DNA from: Octopus vulgaris
Lineage: Eukaryota
Length of the DNA: 64,000 nt
Direction of reading: 5' to 3'
Assembly (NCBI GenBank): GCA_951406725.2
Contig: OX597839.1
Span: forward strand, 13,268,001-13,332,000
The translations under genes and the position numbers were made by a program. The stretch's first letter is position 1; each line of letters opens with the position of its first letter. Below, piece by piece: positions 24,820 through 37,205 of the stretch. The notes under the pieces were generated by a model. That model searched no databases. It saw nothing but the letters and a program-made list of their open reading frames with translations, and was not told the origin of the DNA.

Positions 24820-25128
24820 TAATTAGCTTCTTTCAGTTTCTATCAACCACATCCACTCACAAGGCTTTGATCGATCCAGGGCTACTTTACAAGAAGGCAT
24901 TTACTTATGGTGCCATGCACTAAAACTGAATATGAGACCATGTGGTTGGGAAGCAAGCTCCCTCCTTACCAAATATCGACACATGTTCCTATACATCATG
25001 TTAAAAATACCAGCTCATCTTTTGAATATTATCACTGAATACTCTGTGAGTTGGACGTTTATAACACAGTAACATGTTGTGTCTCTCTCTCTCTGTATGT
25101 AAAATCGTTTTCCTTTTCTGTTCTACAG

Positions 25129-25211
25129 CTTGCAAATCGAGAATATAACAATTTCACTGATCTTGTGCGTGACCTTACGAGATATTGCAATACAGAATTG
25201 GAAAAAGTCAG
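25129..25211 (+). CDS. Hillarin-like exon
   Basis: ctacAG|LANREYNNFTDLVRDLTRYCNTELEKV(R)|GTAATT, 83 nt, ends phase 2. Confidence 0.9.
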
Positions 25212-25829
25212 GTAATTTCCTTATTGTAACATCTTTGAAATTTTATCTCAATAAATAAATAAATAAAAGATCTCTGTCAGAATTTTCAGTCATCATCACC
25301 ATCATCATCATCATCAATCATCATCATCATCACCATCACCACCACCACTACCACCAACAACAACATCATCATCATCATCTTCATCATCATCATCATCATC
25401 ACCACCACCACCACCATCACCACCACCACCACCACCATCATCAGTAGTAGTGGTAGTTTTCAATGCTGGCATAGGTCGGATGGTTTGACAGGAGCTGGCA
25501 AGGTCAGGAGCCACACCAGGTCCCATAGTCTGTTTCGATGTGTTTTCTATGGTTGGATGCCTGTCTTAACACCAACCACTTTACAGTGAGTCCTGGGTTC
25601 TTTTACATGGTACCATCATCAGTGCTTTCTACATAGCACCAACTCCAGTGCTTTTTACGTGGCATCACTACCTGTGCTTTTTACGTGACACCAGCACCAC
25701 CCTCTTTTATGTGACACCAGAACCAATGCTTTTTACATGGCACTAGCACCAATGATTTTTATGTTGACACTATTTTTATGAATATTTAATTTTTTAATTA
25801 ACTAAATGAAGTACCTACCTTGTTGTCCT

Positions 25830-26000
25830 CAGACAAACACCACCAACCACTTATCTCCAGAATTCCCTGCCCTGTATTGCTGTTGTAAGGTTGCTCTTCA
25901 GTAGACCAGAGTCTTCAACAAGTTGGTCAATAAATGCCCTGGAAGGACGACCCCTAGGTTTTTCCCTATGCATTGGTTCCCATATCACCTGTTGTGTGAT
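25830..26000 (-). mobile_element. RTE-like LINE 3' fragment
   Basis: VIWEPMHREKPRGRPSRAFIDQLVEDSGL..GREFWR. Confidence 0.7.
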
Positions 26001-26584
26001 GGAGGAAAAGGACAACAGAAAAAGAAGCAACGGGAGAAAGAAATACAAAAGGCCTTACCTCGGCAAAATCAGCAGTCTCTTTCATGAATTCAACACGTCT
26101 TGTCACTCTGCCGTCTGTGCTGGAACTGACCACACTTGCTCGCTGACCACACGTGCTTCCTGCCCACGCATGCGCCTTTCACTCTTCTGCCGGCTCCTGC
26201 AAGCCTTACTTCTGCCCACCTCATCTGTCATCCTCTCCACCAACACCACATAGCTCATCACAGTCCATAACACCGCCAACACCACATCACCATTTGACTC
26301 ACTACTTCATCCTTGCAATGAAAGAAATAACTAAAAAATTATGAATCACTCAGCTTTGGACTACAACATACATGCACCAAGAGACATCCTGCTGCATGCT
26401 TCAGCTTCTCATTGCTACAGATTATGCTGTGACTCTACCTCCTGGCTTAGAAGATCAAAAGAAAGAAATCTAAAACTTTAGTCCTCCAGTATTGGTCCAG
26501 TACTCAATGGCTTTGTCCAATATCCAGCTAGCAGTGAATAGGTAACACAAGGTAGAACCAACTTCATTGATAAGAGTAGCTCAT

Positions 26585-26882
26585 AGTTGTTTGTTCCTTC
26601 TCGAGCCACGCCTGGCTCATAAGGGCCGGTTTCCTTGGCGTATAGGTTCCCCACCTGGACGGGACGCCAATCCATCGCAGGTGAGCTGCAAGATGCAGGA
26701 GGAAAGAGTGAGAGAAAGTTGCGGCGAAAGAGTCAGCAGAAGCTCGCCATTACCTTCTGCCAGAGCCGCGTGGAGCTTAGGTGTTTCGCTTATAAACACA
26801 CACATCGCCCAGTCTGAGACTCGAACCTGTGATCCCTCGACCGCTAGTCCGCTGCTCTAACCACTAGGCCAAGTGCCTCCAC
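26585..26882 (-). mobile_element. SINE family C, tail type 2
   Basis: Reverse complement of the 7094-7400 type. Confidence 0.85.
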
Positions 26883-27484
26883 TCAGCTCATAGTGGTAAA
26901 TTCAAATCTTGTTGGTACAACTGTTTTAGTCACCTTCACATTTAGGCTTCCTTACAGTCAAGTACGCTCACGTCTCTCTCTCTCCCTCCCTCCCTCCTCT
27001 CTCTCTCTCTCTCTCCTTGCTTTCTCTTATTACAACCAATATTATTTTAAACTACACACACACACACACTCAGATGAAATATCAGAGTTATTCCCCCTTC
27101 ACTTTATTCTTTGTCTGTCTCATCAATATTCATCACTGTTTTACGCCTGATTTTCTGTGCTAACCCAAGTTGAGTATTGAGTAGAAAATATTTAGATTAC
27201 CTGCTTATATGTGGAGAAGACAAAAAGACAAAATACACTAGCAAAAAATTAATCTCTCCTAGTGCTGAATGAACTTCTAATGTGTTTTTAAAGTCAAATT
27301 TTGGCTGCTATTTCAAGCGTGCTGTTATCTCTTAGATACCCTAAATATATATATATATATATATTTCATGTTACGCTAGGCAGTGGTACATGGTATCAGA
27401 ATTTTCAACTTGAGTCAAATTAACAAATTACTCCAAATCATTGTCAGAGTATCTGTTTAAATGGAATCTGGACCAGCTTGTGTG

Positions 27485-27745
27485 TACTGACATCAAGTCA
27501 TTCAGTCCAGACCTTGCTTCCTGTGACTTTCAATTGTTCCCCAAGCTGAACAAAAATTTCAAGGGAATTTGTTTTGAAGATGAAGGAGGCAGTGGTCAAA
27601 GGTCCAGGTCACATTCACTTCAATGGGAGGGCTTTCATGAAGTGTCAGGAGTGCTACAGTAAGTGTATTGAAGTCAGACAATATTATTTTGAAGGAAATT
27701 AGAGTTTCATATTTCTATGAAATTAATAAATGTCTCAAAAATTCT
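27485..27745 (+). pseudogene. Mariner transposase C-terminal remnant
   Basis: SPDLASCDFQLFPKL.. and ..KCIEVRQYYFEGN*, resembling mariner YSPDLAPxDF and KCxxxxGxYFE. Confidence 0.7.
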
Positions 27746-27883
27746 GCAAAGCATTTTGTATATATGTTTAATGGGAAAATATGAAAGATTTTATCATTTT
27801 TCATGTGTTTCACATTTTTCTCTTTCTCATTAATTTTGGATATTTTTTTTTTTTAATAAACGTTCTTCCTTGTTGTGTTTCAG

Positions 27884-28027
27884 GGTTCTATTTCGCTGGG
27901 TGATAGCGAAAGATCTCAACCGAAATGCTGTCAAGCAGATCTTACATCCAAATGCTTCTCTATCCTTGCTAAAAGGCGTGAAAAGTGGTAAAGAAAGTTA
28001 TCATCAACTGTTTAAAAAACTTTGTAG
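27884..28027 (+). CDS. Hillarin-like exon (start of transglutaminase-like domain)
   Basis: tttcAG|(R)VLFRWVIAKDLN..LLKGVKSGKESYHQLFKKLC(S)|GTTAGT, 144 nt, phase 2/2. Confidence 0.92.
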
Positions 28028-28218
28028 GTTAGTCTTGTCTTTTTTTACCTTCAATTTTAATGGGTTTTATTTCCCTTAATCCTTTTACTGCAGAAAGTAA
28101 TTTTAATATACCAGTCTATCTGTTAAGGAATGTCATGTTTAAAACTATTTTCTGTTGAGATATGTCAAGTTTATCAAGACAGTTTGACTTGCTATTTACC
28201 AGACTTCTCTAAATTTGT

Positions 28219-28628
28219 GGACCTTTTTGGTTTGAACGGCAGTTTTTTCTAGCGGTGTCATATGAAATTGTCACCCATAATTATGACCCTAGAATCGATC
28301 TATTGCATTTCAATCTCTCTTAGGGTTAGGGGTGGGGGTAGGGTATCTTTATTTCTTCAGAAATGTAAATAAACCCAATCTGTTTCTTAAACAAGGGACA
28401 TATTCATACGGCACAGAATGTTTTTTTACCTTAATAGACGTCAGTGATTGGTTGAAATTGCAGAAATTGAAGAAAAACAACAACAAATATCTTACAAACT
28501 ATAGAATTTTCTCAATGAAGCCAAGAGAAAAAGATGTTTTATAAACACATTCTACCAATATACGAAGTTTAAAAGTTTAGTTACATAGAAATTATTTTAA
28601 AAAACTGCCGTTCAAACTGAAAAGATCC
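28219..28628 (+). mobile_element. GG-ended 8-bp-TSD MITE
   Basis: Perfect TSD AAATTTGT; very similar to 14996-15411. Confidence 0.88.
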
Positions 28629-29111
28629 AAATTTGTTAATCAAGATAATACTAGATTGACCTCGACTAGCTAAGTTGTCCACGTATGCAGTTCAAAAACA
28701 ATTTGGCCTTTTGTTGTGGAAATCAGGTATGTCCACTCAAAATGTTGTCATCCTAAAGTACAGAAAGCATATTTATGTACCAATCTGTCTTTTGTTGAGG
28801 AATGTTATGCTTGAAGCTATTTTCTGTTGGGATATGTCAAGTTTAACTCTGTAAAGTGGTTGGTGACAAGAAGGACATCCAGCTATTGAAACTGATTGTA
28901 TGAAAGCAGTATGTGTGTGTGTGCATAGAATTGCTGAAATGTGGAATAAACTCTGTGTGTGTGTGTGTGTGCTCATCCATCCTTATAATGCCCAGTTGAA
29001 ACCATCAGGAGACCAATATTTCTGCTGGTATAATAATATAATGTTTATAATCCATGTTTGAAATTATGTCTTTAAAGCTTTGTTTCTCTATTTTTCTGTA
29101 TTTCTCATTAG

Positions 29112-29301
29112 CTTTGCTGGAATTCACTGTGAAATTATCATTGGATATTCTAAAGGAGCTGGCTACAAACCAGGAATGCGTATCGATGGTAATGCATTCC
29201 GAAACTCTTGGACAGCTGTGGCTATTGATGGGTCTTGGAGATTTATAAACTGTACATGGGCTGCTAGACATATCTCTGGTCACAAAGATGACCTACCTCA
29301 G
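29112..29301 (+). CDS. Hillarin-like exon (transglutaminase-like core)
   Basis: cattAG|(S)FAGIHCEIIIGYSKGAGYKPG..FRNSWTAVAIDGSWRFINCTWAARH..DLPQ|GTAATA, 190 nt. Confidence 0.93.
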
Positions 29302-29410
29302 GTAATATTCTGGACAGTATGTTTACATCACATTTCTGGCAATAACATTTCCTTTGCTATTTCGTTTTTGGATTTGGTTTGCAAGATTCTTTATATGAGT
29401 TCATGTGTTG

Positions 29411-29663
29411 AAGCATATTCTGTTGTGTCTGGGGAGAGTCATTTTCTTTTTGTGCCTTATTATCACACTCACCGGTAAAATTTCCACTTATTTAACGCAG
29501 TGTAAATAACAGACAGAGTCAAAGCTATTGAAAAGGTTGCAACATGCAATGAAAATTTTAGGAAAATAAAAATAAGAAATAAGTGGAAATTTTACCAGTG
29601 AGTGTGTTAAATAATAAGGCACAAAAAGAAAATGACTCTCCCCAGACACAGCAGAATTTCCTT
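29411..29663. mobile_element. MITE-like inverted repeat in the last intron
   Basis: ~85-bp arms attctgttgtgtctggggagagtcattttc.. / ..gaaaatgactctccccagacacagcagaat. Confidence 0.75.
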
Positions 29664-30436
29664 TGCTTCTCTCTAGAAATTGAAGCAAATGACTACTATT
29701 CCCTTCAAACTTTGGTTTTGTCACTTAGACATCAATGTTTTGAAACTGAGCTATTTTCCATTACATTTCAGCCAGATTCAGCATTGAGTTACTGAATGCA
29801 GCTTGGTGTCACACAAATGGCACCCGTGCCGATGGCACGTAAAAGCATTCATTATGCTCTTGGAGTGGTCGGCACTAGAAAGGGCATCAAGCCATAGAAA
29901 ACCATGTGCCAAATCAGACTGAAGTCTGGTGCAGCCTTCCAGCATGCCAGCCCAGTCAAACCATTCAACCCATGCCAGCATGGACAACAGACGTTAAATG
30001 AGGATGATGATGATGATGATGATGATTCTGCTCAGTACCCCCTATTTTCTTGTCAGTTGCTTGACCTCAACCACTTGACCACGTCCCTTAGTGACTGACA
30101 GTATTTGCATCTCTAATCATGAGCAGGAGTAGTGGAGAAGCATCATTGCTGTGTTTGAGAGGGATTCTTTGCAGTTTGAATAACTAACAAAAGCAAAGTT
30201 TGAAGGAAATATTAGCTATTTCATACTTTCTAGGGGTCAGCAAATAGGGAATATCAGTTGCTACCCAAGGACAAAAATCAAGTTACACAGTGTTATCCAT
30301 TTTATAACTATCCCCTCAATCATCATCTCATTCCAGTCAGTCTGTTTCTGCTTTCACAGCATCCTTACCATCATTTTTATATTCTCTCCTGAGAATTATC
30401 TACCTGAGATAATAGCTGTTTTAAATTATTTTCCAG

Positions 30437-31600
30437 GTGTTCCACACATATGATGAATTTTATTTTCTGACCGATCCAGAAGACTACATTTACCAGCATT
30501 ATCCGGATGAATCCAGTTGGCAGCTGTTAGACATTCCTCTTCCATTCTCCGAGTTTATCAACTTACCTGTCGTTAAATCTCCATTTTTTAATTATGGACT
30601 CCGTTTTTACTCCAACTATGGAGCTACCATTTCAACGGATTCTGGGCTCATTGAAATCCGCCTTGTCATGCCAAAGATTCTCGGATTTGGTTCATTACTG
30701 GAACATTTTGAGAAAAGCTCAGATAAGAAAGATCTAGAAGGAAGATCCTTGCTGAGGCTTGTTAAAAATGAAGCTATTTTCACAGTTAGTCTTCCTCAGC
30801 CAGGAATCTACTATTTCTCTATTTATACTGGAGACTACTGGCATTCAGAATGTTTAGAAAGTGCCTGTTCTTTTCTCATCAACTGCAAGAGACTTTTGGG
30901 TCCACCAGCGCCTCCTTACCCACCCGTTCCTTTCTTTGGTGCAACCCCTGCCCTCGAAGAGTTAAACATTACCATGCAATCTCATCCAGATCCTTTAATA
31001 GTTTCCAACAATGAAACCATGGAAATTGTATTTCATATGGATTCTAACATCAAAATAACGCACTCATTCCAATATTTCGATACGAATGATGGTTCCATTT
31101 CTGATATTGACCGATATGTTTTCCTTCGGTCACGAACAGAGAAAGAGACCACCTACATGATACGATGTCCAAAGGAAGGTTTTTATATATTCTCTTTGTA
31201 TGCAGCAGATAGCAAAACCGAGGCACAAACATTAGACTGTGTTTACCGATATCTTGTAGTTTCACAAGAGCCAAACCCACTAGTAAATGTATTCCCAAAG
31301 ACATTCCACCGCTGGCAAAAATGCACCCTATACGAACCCCTTTCTGGAGACCTGCTGACAGGAAGGCGCTATGTTTTTCGCCTTGAAGTACCACGGGCTG
31401 TAGAAGTGTTTGTTGTCAACGGAGAGATTTGGAGCCATTTAAAGCGACGGGTTGGACACACATGGGAAGGGAGCGTGTTGATGCCAAATACAGCTGGTGT
31501 AACCAAAGTTTTTGCACGATTCACGTTAGAACGAGAGTCTTCAATTTTTGCACATTTGCTTGATTATGAACTAATCGAAGATGCCGAAACAGAAATTTAA
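30437..31600 (+). CDS. Hillarin-like terminal coding exon (KY-type C-terminal domains)
   Basis: ttccAG|VFHTYDEFYFLTDPEDYIYQHYPDESSWQLL..EFINLPVVKSPFFNYGL..TAA; the seven exons total 2313 nt in one frame. Confidence 0.95.
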   Translation: MFHTYDEFYFLTDPEDYIYQHYPDESSWQLLDIPLPFSEFINLPVVKSPFFNYGLRFYSNYGATISTDSGLIEIRLVMPKILGFGSLLEHFEKSSDKKDLEGRSLLRLVKNEAIFTVSLPQPGIYYFSIYTGDYWHSECLESACSFLINCKRLLGPPAPPYPPVPFFGATPALEELNITMQSHPDPLIVSNNETMEIVFHMDSNIKITHSFQYFDTNDGSISDIDRYVFLRSRTEKETTYMIRCPKEGFYIFSLYAADSKTEAQTLDCVYRYLVVSQEPNPLVNVFPKTFHRWQKCTLYEPLSGDLLTGRRYVFRLEVPRAVEVFVVNGEIWSHLKRRVGHTWEGSVLMPNTAGVTKVFARFTLERESSIFAHLLDYELIEDAETEI

Positions 31601-31875
31601 TTGCCAAATATATTTGTATATAAAGAACATCTATATTCTATGCCTACTTAATTCTATCCATTGATAGGACATTGTGAAGTGTTTTCTCTTCATATTTTGT
31701 GCCTTGCTTGACAGAAACTTTCAAAGTGAATCAAAGCAACAAGTTATACATACATACATACATATATATACATATATAGGAGATAATGGTCTCATTGAAA
31801 CCCAAAGGTGTCAGCTAATGCTGAATAAGTGCTATAGACAGACCATAGTTAAGTTCCAGATTCGGTAATATTGCG

Positions 31876-31881
31876 AATAAA
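31876..31881 (+). promoter_or_regulatory. Candidate polyadenylation signal
   Basis: AATAAA about 275 nt after the stop; another lies near 33512. Confidence 0.3.
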
Positions 31882-31910
31882 GGGTACAACATTGGTTCTA
31901 TGTCAGCGTG

Positions 31911-32288
31911 TGTATATAAGAATTTTTTGCGTAATAAGATAAAAAACCAAGGTTGTGTAGATATTAGCGCATTTATAGATAGAAGGTCTTACAGCTGTTT
32001 CTAGGATATTTATTAGTTATATCCCTTCATCGGAGACGGTGTGAGAGGATAGTTATGTCATAGTTAGTTTAGATGTGATACAAAATGTAGAGTGAGGTGG
32101 AGGAAAGAAAATAGATGCAAGATATGTATGGGTATTGAAGTTGTAGTTATAAACTAACTATGATATAACTATCCTCTCACACCGTCTCTGATGAAGGGAT
32201 ATAACTAATAAATATCCTAGAAATAGCTGTAAGACCTATCTATAAATGCGTTGGTTTTTTTTATCTTATTAGGCAAAAAATTCTAAAT

Positions 32289-32293
<5 letters not shown>
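31911..32293. mobile_element. Inverted-repeat element with a hammerhead in each arm (31986-32037 minus; 32184-32235 plus)
   Basis: Arms 31911-32071 and 32150-32293. Plus arm GTCT-CTGATGA-A-GGGATAT..ATATCCT-A-GAAA-TAGCTG-TA-AGAC; minus arm has CCGATGA and palindromic ACAGCTGT. Confidence 0.8.
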
Positions 32294-32320
<27 letters not shown>

Positions 32321-32677
32321 TCAATAATGCTTTAAAAGCAGCACAGTATGTACAGTTGATTGTATATATATATATATATATTTCTTGTATAAGATATGGA
32401 TTCAGAGAATCTTGTGGCTATCACAGAAAGCTCTTCTTACAGATTGGGCTAACAATCCACAAAGTTAATCCAATGCAGAAATGTGTAATATAGTGTCCAT
32501 GTGACTGAAATCCAAAGAGTCCAATCAGTAAAATTATTTCATGAGTATATAAACCATAAAAATCAGGAAGTATGAGAGATGAGTATATGTGGTTAAATAA
32601 ATATATTCACCGCTTTTATGGTGTGTGTTGTGTGTGTTTATATATTTGTATGTAATGTGTTTGTTTGTGTGTGCATA

Positions 32678-32756
<79 letters not shown>

Positions 32757-32776
32757 GTGTGTGTGTGTGTGTGTGT

Positions 32777-33073
32777 GTGGAGGCCCAGTGGTTAGGACAG
32801 TGGACTCGCAGTTGTAGGACCATGGTTTCGATTCCCAGAGCAAGCGTTGTGAGTGTTTATTGAGCGAAAACACCTAAAGCTCTACGATGCTCCGGCAGGG
32901 GGTGATGGCGATCCCTGCTGTACTCTTTCACCACAACTTTCTCTCACTCTTTCTTCTGTTGGCCTACTCACTTAGCCAGCGGGGTGGCGTCATTTGAAGG
33001 CTAAAACAATGTGAAGCGCATTGTGACCAGCGATGTGTAGCAATATCTGATAGCCTGGTCGGTCACAGTGATA
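32777..33073 (+). mobile_element. SINE family C, tail type 1
   Basis: Matches 4803-5105. Confidence 0.85.
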
Positions 33074-34115
33074 TATATATATATATATATACTAAGAATT
33101 CATAAGTCAGAAAAAATATGCATTCATACATTTGTCAATAGAGTGGATATATAAATCAACGTATACAGCATTACAGCCAATATTACTAATTGGTTTTGCA
33201 GCAGAGATTCAATGGAGTGTTAAGTAACAGCTTGATTATGTAACACTTTGCTCTTCAGAGATGGCATCAAATGTGTCTTTTCACCTCCAGCAATAGAGAG
33301 CAGTTGCCATATTTCATTCCATAACTGCCATCCCAGGAGAGCAAAGAGTTGCATAATTGGCCTGTTACCTAACATCACATCGAACTCTGAGTGCAAAACT
33401 GAGTGGTGAGATTGACCATAATGGATATATAATGCTGTACACTTAGACTAATATATATATGTATTTTTTTAATATATATTTTCCATATTTAATGATTGAA
33501 GTAGTTTGTACAATAAATGCTAGCATGCATACATTGGATTAAAATCCCTTTGAGTAGAAAAACTCAGACTGACTTTGAATTTTTTTATCCATTGCATTTT
33601 TTTTAACCCAATGTTTGCATGCTGTTAGTTATAGCCTAATCTACTTCGAGTTTACTCATTAAAAATGAAATATTTCAAGTTTCAAAATTTGTAAGATGCC
33701 AGCAATCTATATATATGTGTGTGTGTGTGTGTGTGTATTTGTAAATATGTGTCTGTGTGTGTTAGCGTTAGGAATGACATCCAGCCTTAGAAACCATGCC
33801 AAATCAGATTGGAACCTGGTACAGCCCTCCAGCTTACCAGTTTTCAGTCACACTGTCCAACCCATACCAGCGTCGAAACCGGACTTTAAATGACAATATG
33901 ATGATATAATAATTGTTGAATGTTGATGGCGAAAAGTGAGGGAATGTTCAGTGTTTGCCACACTGCAGTGTCGTATTATAAGACAAAACTAAGGCAGCAG
34001 TTGCTGGGTAAATATCTGCCAGCTTTAGTTTGGTTCACATTTTGACAGCCGTCATATATGTACAAAAATTTATACATACATGTAATCATATATATATGTG
34101 TGTGTGTGTGTGTGC

Positions 34116-34342
34116 GGTGAGCTGGCAGAACCGTTAGCACGCGGGGCGAAATGCGTAGCCGTATTTCGTCTGTCGTTACGTTCTGAGTTCAAATTCCGCC
34201 GAGGTCGACTTTGCCTTTCATCCTTTCGGAGTCGATAAATTAAGTACCAGTTACGCACTGGGGTCGATGTAATCGACTTAATTCGTTTGTCTGTCCTTGT
34301 TTGTCCCTTCTATGTTTAGCCCCTTGTGGGTAATAAAGAAAC
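34116..34342 (+). mobile_element. SINE family A, young CpG-rich copy
   Basis: tRNA-like head (tggcagaaccg, gagttcaaattcc); core ggtcgactttgcctttcatcctttcggagtcgataaattaagtaccag. Confidence 0.88.
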
Positions 34343-34729
34343 ATATATATGTGTGTGCCTGCGTGCGCACACATACATACATATGTGTGTATGAGTGTTA
34401 TACACAACAGCAATAGGCAACATATGCTTGTGGTTGTTCAGGCAGTTACTTAGCAAGAGTTGTGTCCCCTTCGAGAACAAACTCTATCCAGAATGTTTAC
34501 CTCAACGGTGATTATGTGTATAAAATATATAAATCACTGGAATTAAAACAGGTTACACATCTTTTGTTATCTATCAGTTTATTTGTTTATTTATCTCACT
34601 ATAATTTTGTTTGTATTTTTTCTATTCAGCTATCTCTGTTTACATGTAATAAACTGGCACTCCGTCAGCCACGACGACGATGAGTGTTCAAAGTTCATCC
34701 GATCAACGGAACAGCCTGCTTGTGAAATT

Positions 34730-35127
34730 CTTTTCTACTCTAGGCACAAGGCCCGAAATTTTGGGGGAGGGGGCCAGTCGATTAGAACGACCCAGTACAC
34801 AACTGGTACCTAATTTATCAGCCCCGAAAGGATGAAAGGCAAAGTCGACCTCGGCGGAATTTGAACTCAGAACGTAAACATAGACGAAATACCTATTTCT
34901 TTACTACCCACAAGGGGCTAAACACAGAGGGGACAAACAAGGACAGACAAACGGATTAAGTCGATTACATCGACCCCAGTGCATAACTGGTACTTATTTA
35001 ATCGACCCAGAAAAGATGAAAGGCAAAGTCGATCTCAGCGGAATTTGAACTCAGAACGTAACGGTAGACGAAATACGACTACGTATTTCGCCCGGCGTGC
35101 TAACGTTTCTGCCAGCTCGCCGCCTTA
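34730..35127 (-). mobile_element. Family A SINE dimer with two different tails
   Basis: One unit ends ..gtgggtagtaaagaaat, the other ..gggccttgtgcctagagtagaaaagaat (minus strand). Confidence 0.8.
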
Positions 35128-35882
35128 ACTTGCTTGTGAAATTAGCCCACAAATGACTGAGCAATCCACCAACATGAGTACCCTTAATGCAGTTCTTGGG
35201 GGTCGTTAGCCTCAAATCACCAGGTCTGGTCGGCGTTTGTGAGAGATGCAGTATTGAAGATGAATGAAGCCAGCTCAACTCACCCCGGGTGAATGCTGTC
35301 TCAAGACAAGAAGAAGAAGTTCAGGGTGACACAGAATGTGACAAGGCTGGCCCTTTGAAATACAGATACATTTTTGTCAGCTGAGTAAACTGGAGCAACG
35401 GTAAATAAAACATCTTGCTGAGGGACACAACACACCACCAGAGAACTGAACTCACAACCATACGATCTCGAGCTGAATGCCCTTACTACTAAGCCATGTG
35501 CTTTCCATTTATTTGGTAAGAAGTTTGGTTCTGAACCATAAGGGTTCAGGAAAACCCTCCGCAGTGTGAGAAAATGAGCAAATGTCTTTTACTATAACTC
35601 CAGGGCTGACCAAAATCTTGTGAGTGGATTTAGCAGATGGAAACTATAAGAATCCTGTCGTTTATACATGTGTATGTTTGTGTGTGTTCATGTCTTATTG
35701 CCTTGACATTATGTGATAGTTGTAAATTAGTGCCACTGTTATGCAGGTGGAGATCCTTCATTTCCGGTCTTCCATGAAAACATAACCGGTCATGGGGAAA
35801 TATTACCTTACTTGGAAACAGGTGTGGGTTGGTAACAGGAAGGGCATTTGGCGATGGAAAATCTGCCTCAACAGATTCTGTC

Positions 35883-36177
35883 GGTGGGTGAACTGAGCCG
35901 TGATGTCCTTCTCCCAACTCCACTTCCCAACTGGCGGAAACGCGCGGGCGAACAGCTGAAGACCTGGGTTACGACGATCAAGGAGAACCTCTCTTTGCTC
36001 ACGGGTCCACAGGTGGTCGGCCTGCACCAATGGAACCGTGACTGGCTCGCTATCTCCAGTAAACTGGCGCAGGACCGTCGTGCGTGGGCTGCCATGGTTC
36101 GAGATGCCTTGAGGGTGGGAGAAGAAGCCGACTCAACCCGCCCAGGGTGAATGTCGCCACAAGTACAAGTAAGTAAG
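35883..36177 (+). mobile_element. 5'-truncated RTE LINE (SR2-like C-terminus) inserted in another repeat
   Basis: LPNWRKRAGEQLKTW..WNRDWLAISSKLAQDRRAWAAMVRD..*, tail caagtacaagtaagtaag; a related end lies at ~35205-35320. Confidence 0.8.
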
Positions 36178-36205
36178 CTGTCTGACCCATGTAAACATAG
36201 AAAAA

Positions 36206-36860
36206 TACAAGAGTCAACTGAAAAGTTTATAAATGGATCAAGACACTCTCATGGAATGTGACCAGATGAAGTTTATTTTTCAACATAGTCCCTCACCCCT
36301 TGCAGTCCACACACTTCATCCCCAAAGTCCATCCCCTCCTCACCGTGGCGGGGATGCTGGCAACAGGTAGTGTCAGAGCTATGCCGTCGGGAACTTCGGT
36401 TCCTGGTAGGGTCACCCAAGGCGGATTGGTCTGACACCGAGTTGTATTAGGGCCACAACCCGGCAGATGGGGCTCTGGTGAAAATCGTCGGAGTGTCTGT
36501 TTCGGCAACCGGCAGCTCCTTGGTTGTTCTGTCCCTGCGTCTGCAGCAAACAGGATGCCTCTACATGCGGGATTGTTGGGGACAGCTTGTGAAATCCATA
36601 TTCCCACGCAACTTCTATGAATTCTCAATGGCACTACTAAATACAATGGCGAATTCTCACTCGACTGCTATTGCAGTGCTTGGATCCCATTGGTAAAGAA
36701 GCTTTTATCCTGTTGGTCAAAAATGTCATCAACAGCAGATATGACGTCATCATCACTATGATACTGATTCCTAGCTAAATGGGGTTTTTTTTCATGTTGG
36801 GGAACAAATGATAGTCAGATGGGACCAAATCAAGAGAACAGAGAGGGTGATAAACCAGTT
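36206..36860 (-). pseudogene. Mariner transposon 3' remnant, interrupted
   Basis: Minus strand ..DLVPSDYHLFPNMKK..DDDVISAVDDIFDQQDKSFFTNGIQALQ..KCVDCKG..DYVEK*. Confidence 0.8.
36325..36660 (+). mobile_element. RTE/BovB-like 5' leader fragment nested in the mariner
   Basis: ccgtggcgggg..GAGCTATGCCG..AGGGTCACCCAAGGCGGA..GGTC resembles RTE 5' UTRs (from recall, not searched). Confidence 0.5.
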
Positions 36861-36894
36861 GTCAAGCAGTGCGAGAACAAACACAAACGCATGT

Positions 36895-37205
36895 GGTTGC
36901 TAAATTATCTATTGACTCGGCCAGTTCTTAAAACATTTTATTCAATGTATGGAACACCATAATGTAAATGGAGTGATCATCAGCCCTCGAGTACCTGGTT
37001 ACTAAAATATCTATTGACCAGGCCAGTTATAACATGTTTTATTCTATGTATGGAACATCATAATGTAAATGGAGTCATCATCAGCCCTCAAGTATCTGGT
37101 TACTAAATTATCTATTGATCTCACTAGTTATACTATTTGATGTATATGTGTGTGGTACACCCTAATGGAAATGGAGTTATTATTAATCCTGGAGTATCAG
37201 GTTGC
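36895..37205. repeat. ~100-bp tandem repeat x3
   Basis: ggtt(g/a)ctaaa..atctattga..gtatggaacaccataatgtaaatggagt..atcagccctc. Confidence 0.85.

Noticed and set aside
28116-28848. Diverged ~60-bp direct repeats around the intronic MITE
   Set aside because: Old local duplication; not LTRs or TSDs and without internal coding.
31050-31394. Antisense ORF in the hillarin last exon
   Set aside because: Short, with no motif; expected by chance opposite coding DNA.
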